In this document: positions 53,285 to 58,337 of the stretch, in pieces
Layout: each line of letters opens with the position of its first letter
Numbering within the stretch: the first letter of the stretch is position 1
Assembly (NCBI GenBank): GCA_033809295.1
Contig: JAPXLY010000002.1
Location: forward strand, 1 to 58,337
DNA length: 58,337 nt
Direction: 5' to 3'
DNA from: Bacillota bacterium
GTDB lineage: Bacteria; Bacillota; SHA-98; UBA4971
Translations under genes and position numbers: made by a program
The notes under the pieces: model-generated
Told to the model about the DNA's origin: nothing
What the model saw: only the letters and a program-made list of their open reading frames with translations
Database searches by the model: none

Positions 53285-53553
53285 GGTCGTGCTAGACGGG
53301 GAGGTAGCGGTGCCCTGAACCCGCAACCCGCTATAGCGGGGTTGAATTCCCGCCCGAGGCCGACCCTTCGTGGGGCCTGGCCCTGTTAAGTGGCGAAGAA
53401 GACTGGGTCCTGCGCAACAGAAGTCTGTGAACCCCGTCAGGACCGGGAGGTAGCAGCGGTAAGCGGAATGTTCTGTGTGCCGCAGGGGCGCCTGGCCGGA
53501 GCAGGCTGGCAGGTTACCGCCTGGGGAGGGCGTTCGAAGGTGGGTGCACGACC
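53285..53553 (+). ncRNA. ffs: signal recognition particle RNA, long Bacillus type with Alu domain
   Basis: GGTCGTGCTAGACGGGGAGGTAGCGGTGCCCTG... at the 5' end, GTCAGGACCGGGAGGTAGCAGCGGTAAG...GTGCCGCAGGG (domain IV) and ...GAAGGTGGGTGCACGACC at the 3' end. These parallel B. subtilis scRNA as I remember it. Confidence 0.9.
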
Positions 53554-53561
53554 ATTACTTG

Positions 53562-53600
53562 ACCGGCCCTGTCCTGGAACTGCAGAGGCCGGTTTTTTCT
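53562..53600 (+). terminator. terminator after the SRP RNA
   Basis: ACCGGCC ... GGCCGGT stem followed by TTTTTT. Confidence 0.7.
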
Positions 53601-53728
53601 TCTCCTGCTTCATGTTTGGGACATAATAGGTTCTTGCTGAACTGAATTTACGAGCCATGGCAGTGTCCCCTGCAGGAATTGAAAGGTGGAGCCAGAAGTC
53701 CATACGTCGGGGTAAGGGGGAACCATAA

Positions 53729-55582
53729 GTGACATATGTCTCGCTGTATCGCCGCTTCAGACCGCAGACATTCACCGAAGTCGTGGGACAGGATCATGTC
53801 ACGCGCACTCTGCGTAATGCTATAGCAGCAGGCCGCACGTCCCATGCATACCTTTTCTGTGGCCCGCGAGGGACAGGCAAGACTACAGTCGCGAAGGTGC
53901 TGGCAAAGGCCTTGAACTGTGGGGCGGGCCCGACACCTGATCCTTGTGGCCGGTGTGAAGCGTGTATCAGGATTCAAGAAGGCCGCTCCATGGACGTTAT
54001 AGAGATTGACGCTGCGTCCAATCGTGGGATAGACGAAATCCGCGATCTTCGGGAAAAGGTCAAATTCGCTCCTGTGGAAGAGAGATACAAGGTCTACATT
54101 ATTGATGAGGTCCACATGCTGACCCAGGAAGCCTTCAATGCCTTATTGAAGACCTTGGAAGAGCCTCCCCAGCGCGTAGTGTTTATTCTTGCGACAACTG
54201 AACCTCATAGAGTGCTTCCTACGATCCTGTCCAGGTGCCAAAGGTTTGATTTTAGGCGTCTCACTGTGAGCGAACTTTCCGGACAAGTCTTGCGGGTCGC
54301 AGAGGCTGAGGGGATTGAGCTTGACAAAGACGCGGTGAGGCTTATCGCCATCGGGGCGCAGGGTGCTGCCAGGGACGCTCTCGGGCTCCTTGAACAGTGC
54401 GCTGCATATACCGGAGGGAGTATTACTTATGAGCACGCTGTGGCTGCTCTTGGAGTTGCAGGATTCCGCAATGTAGTTGAGTTTTGTGACGCAATGATCC
54501 GAGGGGACTTGGCAGGTGCTCTCACCCTCTTAAGGGAGCTTATTGATTCGGGACATGATCCTGCCATGTTCCTCAGGGACGTGCTTGAGCATTTCAGGAA
54601 CCTGCTGGTTTTGCAGACATGCGGATTTGAGCCGGACTTGATTGATGTTCCTGAAACCTCTGTTGATGATTTGAAGAGGCAGGCTGAGGCCATCCCCGGC
54701 GCGTTAGTCCTTGAGGCAATAGACATCCTAAGTGATGCAGACGCTGAAATGAAATACTCTGCATCACCTCAACTCACGGCAGAGGTAATCACGATTAAGC
54801 TGGTGCATTTGAACCCTTCGCTTGCCGAGGACAGTCAAGCAAGGGCATCGCATAGCAAGTCAACGGCAGGCCCAACAGCAGCAGGCCCAACCGCAGCCGA
54901 TCCAACCGTAGCAGGCCCAACCGCAGGCATCCCGGCTGTGGGTGCCCCATCAACAACCGATCCGGTAGCAAGTGACCCGACAGCAATTGACTTTGCCGCC
55001 GATGGTTCTGCCAGGACCGTGATTCGTGTAAGTCTTGAGCAGATACAGGCCAACTGGAATCGGGTAATAGAAGCATTGAAGCAGGGTATTGAGAAAACCC
55101 TGTATTGTGAAGACGGAATCCCGGTGGAACTTAATAAGGAGAATGAACTAGTAATATCGTTCCATGATGATGTAAGAAAAGAGCTGGCTTCTGAGCGGCG
55201 GCGGAAGAAAAGCATACAGAATGCTCTCGAAAAGGTCTTTGGAGTTAAGTTTGCCATCAGTTTCGTTCTGACTAAGGAGCCAAACAATGTCGAGTTTCAA
55301 TTGGAACCCGGTGATGACTTGCCCAAGGAAGAAGAGACATCCTTGGCAAGTCCTCCTGCAGATACAGAATACTCACAGGAAATCATAGGTGATATCAAAG
55401 ACGAAGGTTTCCAAGAACCGGAGCAGGGTGTCGTCCCAGGAGACAATGGGTCCGGCCCTGAAAGCCATGAGGAAGAATTGGCGGAGAACCTTAGACGGAC
55501 CAGAGAAGCGGTCAGGGAGCATCCTACTGTAAAGACTGCCCTTTCAATGTTTAAGGGTCGGGTGTTCAAGATCGACGTATGA
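53729..55582 (+). CDS. dnaX: DNA polymerase III subunits gamma/tau
   Basis: GPRGTGKTT Walker A, zinc module CGRCEAC, IIDEVHML, SRCQRF. GTG start 7 nt after AAGGGGGA. Low-complexity AGPTA-repeat linker. Confidence 0.95.
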   Translation: MTYVSLYRRFRPQTFTEVVGQDHVTRTLRNAIAAGRTSHAYLFCGPRGTGKTTVAKVLAKALNCGAGPTPDPCGRCEACIRIQEGRSMDVIEIDAASNRGIDEIRDLREKVKFAPVEERYKVYIIDEVHMLTQEAFNALLKTLEEPPQRVVFILATTEPHRVLPTILSRCQRFDFRRLTVSELSGQVLRVAEAEGIELDKDAVRLIAIGAQGAARDALGLLEQCAAYTGGSITYEHAVAALGVAGFRNVVEFCDAMIRGDLAGALTLLRELIDSGHDPAMFLRDVLEHFRNLLVLQTCGFEPDLIDVPETSVDDLKRQAEAIPGALVLEAIDILSDADAEMKYSASPQLTAEVITIKLVHLNPSLAEDSQARASHSKSTAGPTAAGPTAADPTVAGPTAGIPAVGAPSTTDPVASDPTAIDFAADGSARTVIRVSLEQIQANWNRVIEALKQGIEKTLYCEDGIPVELNKENELVISFHDDVRKELASERRRKKSIQNALEKVFGVKFAISFVLTKEPNNVEFQLEPGDDLPKEEETSLASPPADTEYSQEIIGDIKDEGFQEPEQGVVPGDNGSGPESHEEELAENLRRTREAVREHPTVKTALSMFKGRVFKIDV

Positions 55583-55611
55583 ATGAGTGAAGACATCCAG
55601 GAGGCGGGCGT

Positions 55612-55935
55612 ATGGCAAACAACATGGGTAGAATGATGAAACAAGTCCAGAAAATGCAAGCGGACCTGGCGCGTATCCAGGAAGAATTGAAAGAGAAGAC
55701 TGCGGAAGGGACAGCAGGTGGCGGCGTAGTAAAGGTCACTGTTAACGGCCATCAAGAAATACTGGCAGTGCAAATAGCGCCTGAGGCTGTGGACCCGGAT
55801 GACGTGGAAATGCTACAGGATCTTATTATCGCTGCTGTCAATGATGCGCTTCGCAAGTGCCAGGATATGGTATCCAAAGAGATGGGAAGGGTCACAGGCG
55901 GACTTAACATTCCCGGGCTGCCTCCGATGTTTTAG
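55612..55935 (+). CDS. ybaB: YbaB/EbfC nucleoid-associated protein
   Basis: [19 protein letters not shown] ... [11 protein letters not shown] ... [20 protein letters not shown]. Conserved position between dnaX and recR. Confidence 0.95.
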   Translation: MANNMGRMMKQVQKMQADLARIQEELKEKTAEGTAGGGVVKVTVNGHQEILAVQIAPEAVDPDDVEMLQDLIIAAVNDALRKCQDMVSKEMGRVTGGLNIPGLPPMF

Positions 55936-55989
55936 CCAAGATAGGCCCTTTATGGGTTCCGTGTCCGGGTGATAAGGAGAGAGGAAGTT

Positions 55990-56589
55990 ATGTCTCGCTA
56001 TGCAGAGCCTATGGCTAACCTTATTGAACAGCTTATGCGCTTACCGAGTATAGGGCCGAAGACTGCGCAGCGCCTGGCGTTCCACATACTGAAGACTCCC
56101 AGGGAGAACGTGGCCAGGCTCGCAGAAGCATTAATCGACGCTAAGGACAAGATTGTGCCTTGCTCGGTGTGTGGGAACATCACTGAACAGGATCCATGTT
56201 CTATCTGCACAGACAATCAACGCGACAAGACATTGATTGCCGTTGTGGAGGAGTCCAAAGATGTGATGGCTCTGGAGCGAACCGGTGAATTCCATGGGTT
56301 ATATCATGTTTTAGGTGGCGCAATCTCGCCTATGGACGGTATAGGGCCTGACGACATCAGTGTCAAGGAGCTGTTGGAGCGTCTGAAGAACCACACTGTA
56401 AGAGAGGTTATTCTCGCAACAGATCCAAATATTGAGGGTGAAGCGACATCCATGTACCTGGCGAAGCTTATCAAACCCATAGGTGTTAAGGTGACCAGGA
56501 TTGCTCATGGGCTTCCTGTCGGGGGCGACCTGGAATATGCCGACGAGGTGACGCTTGCAAGGGCGCTTGAGGGGCGCAGGGAGGTATAA
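55990..56589 (+). CDS. recR: recombination protein RecR
   Basis: [15 protein letters not shown] HhH motif, C4 zinc finger CSVCGN...CSIC, Toprim [24 protein letters not shown] upstream of ATG 55990. Confidence 0.95.
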   Translation: MSRYAEPMANLIEQLMRLPSIGPKTAQRLAFHILKTPRENVARLAEALIDAKDKIVPCSVCGNITEQDPCSICTDNQRDKTLIAVVEESKDVMALERTGEFHGLYHVLGGAISPMDGIGPDDISVKELLERLKNHTVREVILATDPNIEGEATSMYLAKLIKPIGVKVTRIAHGLPVGGDLEYADEVTLARALEGRREV

Positions 56590-56649
56590 TATTCCTCCCC
56601 TCGCACATACTGTACCTTGACTGTATTAACTCATTATTGGGAGGACAGT

Positions 56650-57165
56650 ATGGTGGCAGGCGCGCATAGGCGAACCTCGAAGGAATCCGGCGCCGGGGAC
56701 CAGGCGATGTCACGTTCTTGCAGGCAGGGGATATTTGACCGGGCGCGAAGCACTGCAGACGACAGTATGGTAAACGGTACATGTGAGCAGGTCTCTGAGT
56801 TATTCGGGGCTAAGGCAATATTCGGGATTCGTTGGGAGAGAACAGTTGACACCCTGCTGAACACTGCATTCCAAGGGATACGTGGGGCCTTTCGTGCAGC
56901 GCGAAACAGGGAGGGGCATGTTCGAAACGGAGAACTCTCTAACTATGAAGCCGCACAAATCGCCAAACAGGAATGGCTGTCTGCTGTTGAGTACTTCCAT
57001 GAGGTGTCTGAACCGGATCTTGTGGATTATGCTGTTTATTCACTTCACGCGGCTGAGAGAAAGTACATGTATCTTCTTGACAAGGCTCGCAAGCACTATA
57101 CCTCACTTTCGTATGAAAGGTGTCCGGTTGGCGATCACACATTGCAGAACCGTGTTCGAAAATAG
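56650..57165 (+). CDS. yaaL: DUF2508 (YaaL-like) protein with a long N-terminal extension
   Basis: The C-terminal part AKQEWLSAVEYFHEVSEPDLVDYAVYSLHAAERKYMYLLDKARK fits the DUF2508 pattern. The position after recR matches Bacillus. The start was chosen at ATG 56650 (GGGAGGA 5 nt upstream) but could be internal. Confidence 0.65.
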   Translation: MVAGAHRRTSKESGAGDQAMSRSCRQGIFDRARSTADDSMVNGTCEQVSELFGAKAIFGIRWERTVDTLLNTAFQGIRGAFRAARNREGHVRNGELSNYEAAQIAKQEWLSAVEYFHEVSEPDLVDYAVYSLHAAERKYMYLLDKARKHYTSLSYERCPVGDHTLQNRVRK

Positions 57166-57499
57166 AACACGGTTTCCAGAAAAACTCCCGCAGCGGCAAA
57201 ATGTACACCATATTTTGGAGAATCGGCTGAAAAGGCCTGAATTCCCTAGGCACGGTGATCGAATTTCGCACACTTGAGCCAGTTGGTGTGGTCGAATTAC
57301 TGCAAGTCCAAAGTTCGCTTCTGGACATGTTATCGAACATCCGGCACAGAATCTAAGACAGAATCTAAGAATGCGGTCGAGGGTCGACCCCTTTATAGGA
57401 TCTGTGGGCAAAAACATGTGACATCAGCATATACAAGCACATAGTGACATATATAGACTGTAGGAATGTCCATAAAAACTTGCCTCAGGGGGTGAGGCC

Positions 57500-57772
57500 G
57501 TGGATACGCCGCTCATAATGGTGTACACCTTCGGTTTGTTCATGGTATATGTCCTGGCTTACATTCTATATGTTCCTCTGCAATATGCGATGAAGTTGCT
57601 TACCGGTATCCTCTTGGGAGGAGCCCTTCTCTGGATTACAAATATCCTCGGAAGCAGATTCGGATTCTCTGTTGCTATTAATCCTGTTACGGCCTTTATC
57701 TCAGGTACACTGGGGATTCCAGGCGTAGTCCTACTCATCGCTCTCAAAAGCCTTGTCTTGAAGCACATGTAA
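57500..57772 (+). CDS. bofA: BofA-family pro-sigma-K processing inhibitor (sporulation)
   Basis: ~90-aa, two/three-TM protein ending AINPVTAFISGTLGIPGVVLLIALK. Position between yaaL and rrn as in B. subtilis. GTG start after GGGGGTGAGG. Confidence 0.8.
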   Translation: MDTPLIMVYTFGLFMVYVLAYILYVPLQYAMKLLTGILLGGALLWITNILGSRFGFSVAINPVTAFISGTLGIPGVVLLIALKSLVLKHM

Positions 57773-58113
57773 GCAACGGACGGAGATTGACCGGGTGGCT
57801 TTCTGCAAGGGCCGGGTGGACGCTGACTAGATAGCTTCCTATGAGAGTCGGATTAAGATATCTTGAGAATACCGATGAATCGATAATGGCAAAATAAGAC
57901 GCAACAAGAAAGCTGTAAGAAAGATTCATTTAACACCTCAATGCATATACTTAGTATGGTGTGAAAGTCGCAAAAACCAATGGGTAATCCGGTGGTTTCT
58001 GTGACGTAAGCGGTAATCAAGTGATTTCATGAGCATTACTACAATATTGCGAGAGACATAGCGAAATATCGGGGAATATGCCGATATGTGGAGGTATTCG
58101 CAAAAGTTAACAG

Positions 58114-58142
58114 TTGCAATGCCAGGCGCAAGCTGCTATATT
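58114..58142 (+). promoter_or_regulatory. rRNA operon promoter
   Basis: TTGCAA (58114-58119), 17 nt, TATATT (58137-58142), with TGC directly upstream of the -10. About 180 nt before the 16S 5' end, with a CCTTGAAAACTAAACAG leader motif downstream. Confidence 0.65.
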
Positions 58143-58321
58143 AGACTTCGCCGCTTGAAACAGGCGGCTTTCATTGAGAGAAAACCAATTGACCACGGGC
58201 TTTGCCCGGGGATTGTTCCTTGAAAACTAAACAGTGGAGCATGCGCAAGATTGAGGTAGATTTTGGAGCTAGATAAAGCTTGTGCAAAATAGCATGAGTT
58301 AGGGTTAACACCCTTTAGATT

Positions 58322-58337
58322 TTATCTGGAGAGTTTG
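58322..58337 (+). rRNA. rrs: 5' end of a 16S rRNA gene (continues beyond the window)
   Basis: The window ends in ...TATCTGGAGAGTTTG, the start of the universal AGAGTTTGATCMTGGCTCAG site. Position after bofA and the rrn-type promoter. Only about 16 nt are visible. Confidence 0.6.

Overview
This 58.3-kb chromosomal window appears to come from an endospore-forming Firmicutes/Bacillota-type organism that also encodes outer-membrane (TolC) components. The taxonomic placement is an inference. The right end carries the origin-proximal block known from Bacillus and Clostridia: tRNA-Arg, tadA, two tRNA-Ser, long SRP RNA, dnaX, ybaB, recR, yaaL (DUF2508), bofA, then an rrn promoter and the first bases of 16S rRNA. 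Reading left to right, the rest contains: a YgeW-type carbamoyltransferase and a secreted ankyrin-repeat protein flanked by tRNA genes; a solitary SPPF-type DNA methyltransferase next to tRNA-Arg; a TolC-TolC-HlyD-ABC (MacAB/DevBCA-like) efflux operon; a YhaO/YhaN (SbcEF-like) nuclease/ATPase pair; an RRM protein, an MBL hydrolase, NifU and a LysM protein; histidine ammonia-lyase plus a DapF-fold two-cysteine racemase-like gene; an FMN riboswitch with ribU; a DUF3798/CUT2-type ABC importer; a 2-hydroxyacyl-CoA-dehydratase-like triad; csoR-copA; azlCD; DUF3842 plus a second ECF S-component; an FN3 surface protein; and an RpiR-headed hexuronate/gluconate cluster (uxaC, SDR, FGGY kinase, LarA-like, gnd, uxaE-like). 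No integrase, transposase, CRISPR array or prophage genes were seen. The most unusual content is non-coding. Two long gene-free intervals (21.56-22.19 kb and 38.24-38.77 kb) hold diverged copies of a roughly 0.5-kb modular element. Each copy has a conserved 5' block, then 6 versus 4 tandem 53-nt modules that each start with a TGGCTC..GAGCCA hairpin, then a conserved 3' block. The hairpins stay paired through compensatory and G.U changes that work only on the + strand, and GGA is enriched about two-fold on the + strand only. Both copies lie upstream of, and co-oriented with, solitary ECF S-component genes. I could not match the element to any RNA family I know, so it is either a candidate new structured RNA or a BOX-like modular repeat. 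The other main findings are a possible LarA-dependent mannonate-to-gluconate bypass for hexuronate catabolism, several short tandem-repeat tracts sharing a GTGCTATGC core, and a shared palindromic intergenic motif.
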